The notes under the pieces were generated by a model. The model was not told the DNA's origin. It saw only the letters and a list, made by a program, of their open reading frames with translations, and made no database searches. The position numbers and the translations under genes were made by a program. A stretch of 64,000 nt of DNA, from NCBI GenBank assembly GCA_002633005.1, contig NMRA01000159.1, forward strand, positions 62,001 through 126,000. The letters are read 5' to 3'. Source of the DNA: Phoronis australis. Lineage: Eukaryota; Animalia; Phoronida. This document shows, in pieces, positions 42,001 through 51,974 of the stretch (position 1 is its first letter; each line of letters opens with the position of its first letter).

Positions 42001-45000
42001 CTCCTGTAGGATATCGGCCAAAGCTGTCGCTCTTGGTTGTCTGAAAGGACGACAGCAATGAATTACATTAATCAGTGGCTGATTTAGAGGGGGGCCAAGG
42101 GGACCATGGCCCACCTAAAATTTCCCCAGATTCCATTTGGCAGTTCGGGGGTGCAATTATCTGACGGACAAAACCCTGGCTAATACTCTGCCCTGGCCCC
42201 ACTAACTCAAAATCCTGGATCCGCCCCTGCTAATGATGACGCTGACCTTTGTAGTGATTATTTTAAACAAGATTATCAGTTCTGCTGGCTATACACCGCA
42301 AGTGTGTCTACTAATCCCCAAACTTTAATTAAAGGCTAATCATCCAAGTCTTCTTTTCCAAAGTTAGCTTTAAAACTGGCCACAGAACACCTTGCCCTCA
42401 AGGCAACATAACAGTGGTCAAATAAACAACGTCGCTGCCAACGTTACATACTGTGGTTGGCTGTTGCCATTTGGTGTCTGTGTGTCTGAAGAAGAGTTTG
42501 CCTGACTATCACCACCAGATGGAGCTCTGGCAGACTGAGAATCAGGGGAGGTTGAAGTAGCTGGAGACTCTTCTGAAATGAAGTTCACATGATCACTACT
42601 GGCTGCACAGACATATTAAAAAGAGACAACAAACAATGTGTTTGGAAAAAGAGTTAGAAATTCCGTAACCCTTTTCTACAAAAACCCGATTTTCTGCAAA
42701 AACACGATTTTCTACAAAAACGTGATTTTCTGCAAAAACACGATTTTCTGCAAAAACATGACTTTCTACAAAAACATAATTTTCCATATGATAAAGTAAA
42801 CAACAGCTGTGGTAAAGTTTACGGTCAAAATGGTCAAACGTGAAATTGGTCAAATCAGACTTTGACCAGGCTCAGTTTCCACAGCCCTAAAAACCGGAAA
42901 AAATGAAGAAATCTACAACAGGATTGTCCTTTACTCTCCCAAAGAAGCTCAAAGTAACAGCAAGATTACTTTGAAAGTAACTTTATGTGCCGATAAACTT
43001 CACCATGTTTCTTTGGTACCATATCAAGCACTCATAGAACGTCACAAAAGTAACCAGATAAAATACCGATTCCCCATCATGACGATTAATTCTGTAGACA
43101 GCAAAAATGTTAAAACTATTAGGGCAGCGAAATTCCAATTACAAAATGGCTTTAATAGCCACCTTCCTAACCCTCCTTTTAATTAGCTTTCATTCTTGGT
43201 CGTGACAGGACACTGCTCAGACGATGAATTCAGCATCTGCGTGACGGAGAATTCCAGATCGTTTTGTCTGAGTACATTTGGCTTGTATTGTATAGATGGG
43301 TCCCTACCAGTACACACCTGGTGTATAGATGGGTCCCTACCAGTACACACCTGGTGTATAGATGGGTCCCTACCAGTACACACCTGGTGTATAGATGGGT
43401 CCCTACCAGTACACACCTGGTGTATAGATGGGTCCCTACCAGTACACACCTGGTGTATAGATGGGTCCCTACCAGTACACACCTGGTGTATAGATGGGTC
43501 CCTACCAGTACACACCTGGTGTATAGATGGGTCCCTACCAGTACACACCTGGTGTATAGATGGGTCCCTACCAGTACACACCTGGTGTATAGATGGGTCC
43601 CTACCAGTACACACCTGGTGTATAGATGGGTCCCTACCAGTACACACCTGGTGTATAGATGGGTCCCTACCAGTACACACCTGGTGTATAGATGGGTCCC
43701 TACCAGTACACACCTGGTGTATAGATGGGTCCCTACCAGTACACACCTGGTGTATAGATGGGTCCCTACCAGTACACACCTGGTGTATAGATGGGTCCCT
43801 ACCAGTACACACCTGGTGTATAGATGGGTCCCTACCAGTACACACCTGGTGTATAGATGGGTCCCTACCAGTACACACCTGGTGTATAGATGGGTCCCTA
43901 CCAGTACACACCTGGTGTATAGATGGGTCCCTACCAGTACACACCTGGTGTATAGATGGGTCCCTACCAGTACACACCTGGTGTATAGATGGGTCCCTAC
44001 CAGTACACACCTGGTGTATAGATGGGTCCCTACCAGTACACACCTGGTGTAGTAGATTCCGCCTCAGCTGCGGTGGGATTCTGAAGCGTGTTCAACTTGC
44101 GTCGTGCCGCCTCGATCATGCGACGGGCGTTGTTGATTCGATTCTGTGACTGACTCTCCGTACGGGCAGGACCTATTTCAACACTGCCCAGGTTTATATG
44201 AACATCCATTTGGTTTCCATCACTCTACAAAACAGCACATAGCATACAACCAGTTCATTCATACCAAAACAGCACATTGCATACAACCAGTTCATTCATA
44301 CCAAAACAGTATCAATTACACGACCGAGTTTCGTTTAATTATTTTGTTCAAATTGAAATCTCAAAAATGATGTTACAGTCTTCTAAAACATAATTTTGTT
44401 TTGGTTGTACGCAACTTCCGAAAGAAAGGGTGACTCTCACGTGTAGTAGAGAAGCAACGGCTGACCTAATTACAGAGTATCCGTTGCATATGTTTGCCAT
44501 ATGCTACATCTTTTGCAGATGTCTGCATACCATTGATCAAACACAAACTATAGGAACATTGAATAGTTTTTCTATTAAATTACCTTTCCGTTAAATTAAC
44601 CCTCACCACAAACAACTTTTACAACAGTTAACCCATTTTACACCTTTCATAGCATGAGATTCCATTTGCGCTCATTTGTCATAACGGAGAATAACGGATC
44701 AATTTGTCTTGTATTGTATGTGCTCGGACATTCTCACCATACCACAGCAAAGTGTTTGGCAGAACAAAAAACATAATTCTGAAGCCCCCTTCCAATACTG
44801 CTACATGGTGCAAACAGCACATATAACTAACATTGGCTATGAGAATATTCTAAATAGACTTACTGTCGTATGGGTCCTTGTAGTCACCCGGGCATTCCGT
44901 CCAAGGTCGCCAAAGTTTCCCAGAGCTTGTTGAACAATATTCTGTAATTGGCAATCGACACAGACGTAACATTACAGATAAAAAATTTCCAAGAGCGCTG

Positions 45001-47159
45001 GAAAGTTGCTCACAAAACGATGACTGGGTGCTGGAAAACTCCATCCACAGGTTGACTGATGTATAGTAGAGTGATCCAATTTTCGATTGGTGAGCACGAA
45101 CACACTGGTTAGGATTACTCCCTTACGTACTTTTGTCTTCTTTTTACAACCAGTTTGCATGATGGTGAAGTTTCCTGTATTTTAGTCATAATTTTTGCAC
45201 AAAGTTTGACAAATTTTAATTTGTAATTTTTATCTCATTACCTTTCAGTCTAAAACTAAACTTTTAATAAAACAGAGTGAGACCGTTTTGACATTGGTTG
45301 AGTGAAAACTGTGAACTACAGGCGACTATCGCCTAAATGATCAACATACCTGCAGGCCATCGGGGGATACGGAGTCTGACGGCACCGAGAAAGACCCCAT
45401 GACAAAGTCGTGGTGGTGATGGGGGCCAGTGGATGAGGTCGAGGTGGTTGTACGTCCTGTGGTGTTGGGTCCATCATCCAGGGTACTCCCAGGGAGTCTT
45501 TGCACAACATGAATCACCTTGCCACCAACATCTGTTTAACATAATACTAGAGCTCAGTATGTTAAGCACCTTGCAAGCAACCTCCATTTAAGCTGCCTAT
45601 AAATCCGAATCTGGCAAAAAGCAACTTTTCACTTTGAGTGTTGTGAAATTATAAATATCCCCTCACTCATACTAGAATCGATTCCTGGACTTGGAACGAA
45701 TTGACAGCTTGTTACTGCTGAGACGTGTCATGGCATTTAGTACAAAAATACCTATGTAACCATTACACTGACAACCATATAAACATTACACTGTCAACTC
45801 TGTAACCATTACAATGTCAACTATCTAACCATTACACAATCAACCATGTATTCAATCATTGCAGTTGTCAACTATGTAATCATTACCGTCAATGATGTAA
45901 CTGTTACACTGTCAACCACGTAATCATTACACTGTCAATTTTGTAATCATTACTTAGTCAACCATGTAACCATTGCAATGTTAACTACATAACCATTACA
46001 CAATGATTCCCTTACCATGTTGGCTAAGCTTGGTAGTATCCTGCAACACCCGTCCTCGGAATATCAATCTCTGTTGATCAGCAGCTATGTTCTAGATAAA
46101 TAAAACACAGCACGATGAATGCAATTGGAAATGCATTCTGCTACGTAACAGTTATGTTGTAAGTCTTAGTAAATAGTCACTTCTCCAGCATACCTAGCAC
46201 TTTGTATACACATAGACAAGGGTTATTTGCACGTACCAGTCTGACAGGAAACTTTTCAACAAAAGTGATAAGTTAATCCGACAAAAATGCAGACAAAGGA
46301 ATAAAATTTGACATTCAAATTATCTACTTACAATTGATTCAGCTATTTTATCCTTGAATGCCCTGACCGTCATCTGAAGAAAACAGAAATTACATTTAAT
46401 GACACCAGTTATACGTGAAACAGTAATAACGAACCAGTTCCATCCAGAACATATATTCAAATGTATAACGGCCACTCATTGGGCACAACCATGTGGTAAG
46501 AGGTACCAGAACATTTCACTCCCTTCTTTTTCTGTTGCAAAGGGGAAAGGTGGCCTGTCCACTTTTTTTGACAAACAATTGTGGCGCCCCCTATAGGTTT
46601 TCTTACTTCCTGTTACAGTACTATTTTGCTTGGATGTGTTTGTGGCAACTCTGCGGTGACTAGGATTTTTTACAAGGCTGTCAAACAAAATCTAAGGCAG
46701 CATTGCTGACCTGCAGGTCTTAACCAAAGCGCTTTGGGATTTAAAGACAATACGTTGCTCATCTGAATCAGATCTGAAATCACTGACAGATGAGAAGACA
46801 AATCAAATCACAGGCAGTGTGTTCATGCCCCATCTTATAATTTGCAAGTTTAAGAGTTGATCAACCGCAATAAACTGTGAAGCATTTTCTAGAGTCTCCA
46901 ATCATTACAAAGTTCTTGTTACCGATGCAAATAAAATCCTATTGTGGTAAAGAATGTTATGAGCATAAAAAGCCCAACTCAGTTTTCACTTCTTTAGATG
47001 ACTAAAGCAGAGTGAAATGATGCTTAAAGTTTAAATTTTATGTACTTTATCATTGACGGTATTTTGAGTCTCAGAGTTTAATCACTCACTCACCTCCTCA
47101 TCCACGGAAAATGACCTGTTCTGTCCATCCAGAGTCTTCACTGATACTTCAATTGTCAT
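27068..47159 (-). CDS. BAG6: Large proline-rich protein BAG6 (BAT3/Scythe), 24 coding exons, about 1123 aa
   Basis: Minus-strand exons in order: 47159-47094, 46373-46332, 46091-46016, 45531-45350, 44941-44864, 44224-44044, 42572-42452, 42040-41917, 41202-41014, 40575-40471, 39947-39776, 39265-39155, 38625-38419, 38054-37909, 36926-36878, 36415-36234, 34897-34723, 33867-33644, 33210-33108, 32736-32606, 31854-31570, 29451-29404, 28097-27990, 27334-27068; total 3372 nt, phases consistent. It has an N-terminal UBL domain (IEVSVKTLDGQ...QRLIFRGRVLQD...VGGKVIHVVQR), a DVHINL motif, a Pro/Thr-rich middle, an NLS-region motif (EWIPV...PQRPFSDAYL...PKRRK) and a C-terminal BAG-similar domain (IQERLTNDPDFTPSRF). 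Extra symmetric exons could have been missed. Confidence 0.93.
32285..32470. repeat. Dispersed repeat shared with ~37485-37632
   Basis: Collinear motifs CCACCATGWGTGYACCAT, TTTTTCTAAG, CCTGAAG, GAGAAATGA, ATGCCAATATAAATA and GTGTAAAT..CCAA.AGATT.TAGAAATGA occur at both loci. Confidence 0.65.
35781..35936. repeat. Dispersed repeat, inverted relative to copies at ~13912-14067 and ~14463-14618
   Basis: GCGCGACTGTATGTGTTGGGCACTTCGCTAGCGACAGGCTTCGGA is the reverse complement of sequence in the SCAI intron. Confidence 0.85.
37032..37319. mobile_element. TA-flanked MITE, family A
   Basis: TA|CGGAAAAAATTCTCCAATTTAGGATAG ... CTGTCCCAAATCGGAGAATTTTTACCA|TA. Confidence 0.7.
42073..42229. mobile_element. 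Small hAT-like MITE
   Basis: Ends CAGTGGCTGATTTAG and CTGGATCCGCCCCTG are imperfect TIRs around G/C tracts; no clean target-site duplication. Confidence 0.6.
42672..42779. repeat. 18-bp minisatellite, 6 copies (TTTTCTRCAAAAACACGA)
   Basis: Tandem array about 100 nt upstream (minus sense) of the BAG6 acceptor at 42573. Confidence 0.9.
43289..44047. repeat. 33-bp minisatellite, 23 identical copies (TGTATAGATGGGTCCCTACCAGTACACACCTGG)
   Basis: 759 bp = 23 x 33; the last unit overlaps the BAG6 exon/intron boundary at 44044/44043. Confidence 0.97.
44228..44309. repeat. 37-bp tandem duplication adjoining a BAG6 acceptor
   Basis: CAAAACAGCACATWGCATACAACCAGTTCATTCATAC twice, next to the AG at 44226-44225. 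Confidence 0.85.
45753..46003. repeat. Degenerate ~23-bp minisatellite, about 11 copies (TGTAACCATTACACTGTCAACCA)
   Basis: Diverged tandem array beginning about 12 nt from the BAG6 donor at 46015. Confidence 0.85.
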
Positions 47160-47715
47160 TGTTAAGCAGAAGCTACAAAAAGAATGACATAATTTTTCAA
47201 GCTGCGGAGCTTACGAAAAAATTAGTACACGGGCAGTAAGCTGATTATGTAAGTGGGCAGCCTCGTTTCGACACTTTTCGGCACCCGTTCGATGCCAGTC
47301 TTTACTTTAGATCAAAACTTCGTCAGAAATGCTACCGATCACAATTAAGTTTTAAAGTTGGATGTTGGAAATTCCAATGCACATAGCAGGTGCCAAAGCA
47401 CAAAACACAGAACATGTTTTTCTCGTGCCCACATTTTGCAAATAAGAAAGCCATTCATTGCAATAGCTAATTTATGACACTGTGCAACAACTACCAACCA
47501 CGAGGCTGATGACTCATATTGCCACCTAGCTGAATCAAGACGTACTACTACTTCGCAATCAATGGCATGGGGAACAGTTTGGTAATTGCACTGCATGTGA
47601 TTAGATGTGATGTGTTTTAAACAAGTTATAAACTGCATCCTCATCCTCTAGAGGCCACTGGCAACTGGTCAAACGCGATCAGTCGTCACGTTGCTATTTG
47701 AAAGACTCCTATTAC

Positions 47716-48316
47716 CTGTGATCAACAGGGACCTCACTGACAGACATGTAATTTACAAGATCTTATCTCCTTAATGATGTCTGTCACGCACCATGTACTT
47801 CAACTTCAGTGGATGCCTGTGATCAACAGGGACCTCACTGACAGACATGTAATTTACAAGATCTTATCTCCTTAATGTCTGTCACACACCATGTACTTCA
47901 ACTTCAGTGGATGACTGTGATCAACAGGGACCTCACTGATAGACATGTAATTTACAAGATCTTATCTCCTTAATGAGGTCTGTCACACACCATGTACTTC
48001 AACTTCAGTGGATGACTGTGATCAACAGGGACCTCACTGATAGACATGTAATTTACAAGATCTTATCTCCTTAATGATGTCTGTCACGCACCATGTACTT
48101 CAACTTCAGTGGATGCCTGTGATCAACAGGGACCCCACTGATAGACACGTAATTTATAGGATCTTATCTCCTTAATGATGTCTGTCACGCACCATGTACT
48201 TCAACTTCAGTGGATGACTGTGATCAACAGGGACCTCACTGATAGACATGTAATTTACAAGATCTTATCTCCTTAATGATGTCTGTCATACACCGTGTGT
48301 TTCAGTTTCATTGGAC
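47716..48316. repeat. 101-bp tandem repeat, 6 copies
   Basis: Units start at 47716, 47817, 47915, 48016, 48117 and 48218 with CTGTGATCAACAGGGAC; internal inverted repeat TGAYAGACAT/ATGTCTGTCA. Confidence 0.95.
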
Positions 48317-50470
48317 ATTCACTACTACGTGCGAGACGGATCAAAATGTTCCCATACCAGTCTTGCCACTAGATGAGCTCAACAGTGGCTAAATACAGTA
48401 CAAGACAAAAGTAATTTGACAAAATAACATTTGCCCCGACATGATGGTTAATTTAGGTAACTGCAAAGAGACAGGAAATCAGCAGCAAAATTCTACTACT
48501 CTGACTCAACTTCTGCCCAGCTGGTAGGGAATTCTGGGTAATTTTGTCTCAATACACTTAGTGTTTACTGTGCCCATTCAGTGGTCTGAAACTGAAAGTG
48601 GCTTTCTTGTACATTGACTAAGCAGGAGGTGGGAGGTGAGAACCCTAAGTTTCAGTCAACCAGCCTGACTTATCATTTTAATCAATACTGTGATAAACTT
48701 GTATTCCATCCAAGAAGCCAACCTTTGACCAATACCATTTACTTATGATGAGAAGTGATATCTGAGTTTGCAAAAGAACTAGCAGTTCATTATTTCTCTA
48801 GACCATGCTCCGGACACAAAATGCCGCACTGTGACAAGCCAACTTGTAAAGCCTGGTCTCAAATAATTAAGTACTGTCATTTCTTTTGAAATCCTGAAAT
48901 TACTTCCAAGTTCACTAAGGAACAGTGTGACACCAAATTCATAATCATAAGTGATCCAAATCAAAAGTTGTTTTTGGGATGGGAGGTGAGCTGGAGGTGG
49001 GTATTTGTGACCATTTGGCTAACTTCTGAACATTTTATCTCAGTTCTAAATGGCTGATCAGATTTAAATGAAACTTTAAAATTCCTTTCACCTATATATA
49101 TATATATATCCCCAACTCTAAAACGCTGATAAGGAATGTATTTAAAGTGTTAACTTCCCTTTTTATAAGGGGCTATGAGAATAGGACATCAAACTCAGCC
49201 ATCCTCTTACCCGTAGCGGGAACATATACAAAGTTTCATAATCATCCTTAGTACGGTTTGGCCAATAGAGAGGCAGACCCCAAAAAACAGACAAGACAAC
49301 AGCAAAAGTGGCCAATAGATGGTGCAGAATAAGTTGAATCCATCAAAAAACTTAAGGTGGCATCACCTCAACTATGAAAATTCATCGCAGAATTACAAAG
49401 ACACATGTTTCAAATAGAAAAAATAAAACTGCCACTAGGGGACAGTCGGGTCATCAGATCCGTTTAAAAATTTGCTCATGCTGTCCCATTCACGATAGAA
49501 ATACATACGCAAATTTTTCCAGCCTTCATCCAGGGGTTTGAGGCGATACAGCACTGGATGCTGGACAGACATATGAACGGACACGGGTGATGGCATCATG
49601 CACTCACGTATAAACACGTGGCTACATAAACAAGAACACTTGGATACTTATTAATTTACGATGATTAGTTTTGGAGTTGCCTATCCGACTATTACTGTAT
49701 TAGTATTGGAGAATGACCCAAGGTTACATCTTGATTTTGATTCATGAAATTAAAACATTTAACAAAAGCATGGTTTTAGCTTGCCCCATAGTTCTACACA
49801 GGTATGAGACCAGTTATCAAATTGCAAATACCGAGTTATAAAAAATTTGTGACAGACGGAAAATACCTAACTACTGTTGTCCTGACCAGGCAGAACTTTC
49901 AAGAACCCAGGGCGGGTATTGAAGTGAAATAAATTTTAAACCACATAAAGTGTAAGTATTCGTCACACAGAATGGGAGACACGCACTTACTCACCAAGTT
50001 ACAACTAAAAATAAAGAGACTAATCACGTGAAAGGGTTTCTCAGTTAAAATTTTGGGAACCACTTTTGGTTCCCAGAAACTGTAAAACTGAATCGGAAGT
50101 AGGTTGTTGAGGATGTAACGAGAATTACAATCATAAAATGTTTCAAAATTCAATATAAAACAAAAATAACATATATAATATACACTATTATATGTGAATA
50201 ATATTTTATAGCATTTATATTTGAATTTTTAAATTATTTAAAATCGTCTTTTATTTTTAAATATAATTTTAATTTGAATAGCTTCTAGTTTTGATTTACT
50301 TTCTTTTACCTACCCTATGAGCCGCCGCCATATTTGTTTTGATCTTGCACAACGAGTAGAGTGAAGAAGTACAGATTCACCTTGAAAATCATTGCCTGAG
50401 CAATTGAAATCTGTTAAAAACTTTATAAACTATCATTTATCACACATACAAATACACAAAAGAAACGACA

Positions 50471-50548
50471 ATGGCCGATTCAGACTGGGATCAAGTGACA
50501 TATTTGAGGAAAAAAGCTCCGAAATCTGGACACTTGAAATCTGATCAG
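50471..50548 (+). other. Second copy of EDF1 coding exon 1 (within the duplicated block, probably the alternative haplotype)
   Basis: Identical 78-nt exon ATGGCCGATTCAGAC...GATCAG|GTTTGG, 1504 bp upstream of the copy at 51975. Confidence 0.85.
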
Positions 50549-50739
50549 GTTTGGAATTAGTGCTGTATACTTTTCTGCGTTTGATTGTTATTTTCTAGTT
50601 TGGCTCTGGTCGGAAATGGTTGCGGTCATTGTCTTTGAGATTCAAGCTTCTAGTACCTGCTGTTGTACTTGAGCTTTCCTCTCTGCAGTCTGCTATGGCT
50701 GTTAATGTTGGTGCTGATCCACCGATTCAGCCCCCCCCN

Positions 50740-51297
50740 CTGAACGTTGAATGCGTAGGACAAGTAAGGTATCCAACAGACACTTCGTCCGCTCTGATGG
50801 GGGGGTCGGCTCCACCTGCAGCTCTCTGCAGTTCTTCTGACCGTTGAGTGCCAGGGATGTGAAGAGCATCTGAAAGGCACCACGTCCGCTCCGCCACAAA
50901 AAGCTAGTATTTTACAGGACAAGGTAGTAAGTCTTGAGCCCAACCAATGAAGGGTGCTATTTGCCCATAGCTGGGAGTTAGGTTAGTGAACGCCAGAGCA
51001 TATCCATACACCGATGGGTCATGCACGTTGCACCTTTAAGAGCCTAACCTCTTCCGAGATCCCTAGCAAAATTTAGCCTGGGGCCGTAAGGTGCCCAGTT
51101 ACCATGGTGTACCACGAGGAGGTACTGCAAGAGTCTAGATTAGAGGTAGTTAAAGGCCACCAAGGCGGGTCTTACATATGCCTTCCTAAATAATTCGTCT
51201 CAGAGGACTAGGTGGTCGTAGAAGCTGAAAGCTAGAAAGTGCAAGCACTAACTACACTAACTACACATCTAACCCTGTGTCTAAGACACCACACCAC
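50740..51297 (-). mobile_element. 5' end of an RTE-like non-LTR retrotransposon, truncated by the assembly gap
   Basis: This sequence is absent from the matching position of copy A (junction at ACACAGGTA). It begins with an HDV-like ribozyme. The following open frame has LGSRLTTLSCK (resembling the GLGxxLTTxxxK leader of RTE-type elements) and ends at the N with AFNVQ (resembling the TFNVR start of an APE endonuclease). Confidence 0.65.
51061..51297 (-). ncRNA. HDV-like self-cleaving ribozyme with long J1/2
   Basis: Minus strand: P1 GTGGTGT (51297-51291) / ACACCAT (51110-51104) with a G-U first pair; P3-L3 ACC-TCCTCGT-GGT (51123-51111); P1.1 GG (51103-51102); P4 CTGGG/CCCAG; J4/2 GCTAA with C at 51076; P2 CTCTTGCAG (51133-51125) / TTGCTAGGG (51069-51061). 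Confidence 0.75.
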
Positions 51298-51811
51298 ACA
51301 GGTACAAGACCAGTATCAATGAAATTGCAAATAGCGAGTTATAAAAAATTTGTGACAGAAGGAAAATACCTAACAACTGTTGTCCCTGACCAGGCAGAAC
51401 TTTCAAGAACAACCCAGGGCGGGTATTGAAGTGAAATAAATTTTAAACCACATAAAGTGTAAGTAATCGTCACACAGATTGGGGGACACGCACTTACTCA
51501 CCAAGTTACAACTAAAAATAAAGAGACTAATCACGTGAAAGGGTTTCTCAGTTAAAATTTTGGGAACCACTCTTGGTTCCCAGAAACTGTAAAACTGAAT
51601 CGGAAGTAGGTTGTTGAGGATGTAACTAGAATTACAATCATAAAATGTCTCAAAATTCAATAGAAAACAAAAATGACATATATAATGATATAATATTATA
51701 CACAATATCTTATAACATGTATATTTGAATCTTTAAATGATTTAAAATCGTTTTTTATTTTTAAATATAATTTTAATTTGAATAGTTTCTAGTTTTTGTT
51801 TACTTTCTTTT

Positions 51812-51974
51812 ACCTACCCTATGAGCCGCCGCCATATTTGTTTTGATCTTGCACAACGAGTAGAGTGACGAAGTACAGATTCTCCTTGAAAATCATTGCG
51901 TGAGCAATTGAAATCTGTTAAAAACTTTATAAACTATCATTTATCACACATACACATACACAAAAGAAACGACA
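51812..51974. promoter_or_regulatory. Putative bidirectional promoter and leader region of BAG6 (-) and EDF1 (+)
   Basis: Minus strand reads AAATATGGCGGCGG (YY1-like, typical of housekeeping start regions) followed by donors AGG|GTAGGT and TAG|GTAAAA. The BAG6 ATG exon starts after an acceptor (ttttgtag| at 47172), so it needs an upstream leader exon. The EDF1 ATG is 140 nt away on the other strand. Confidence 0.6.

Noticed and set aside
43183-44149. Three long ORFs (286, 317 and 262 aa) with 11-aa periodicity
   Set aside because: They are translations of a 33-bp intronic minisatellite; the real BAG6 frame stops inside the first unit.
43289-48316. CRISPR-like appearance of the 33-bp and 101-bp arrays
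   Set aside because: Units are contiguous with no unique spacers, there are no cas genes, and the context is eukaryotic introns.
50471-50738. A second EDF1 paralogue
   Set aside because: Only exon 1 is repeated, it is identical, and the copy ends at an assembly N.
51157-51163. TTGGTGG as the 5' strand of ribozyme P1 (short J1/2 model)
   Set aside because: It gives only 5 pairs and lacks the +1 G; GTGGTGT at the element end pairs fully.
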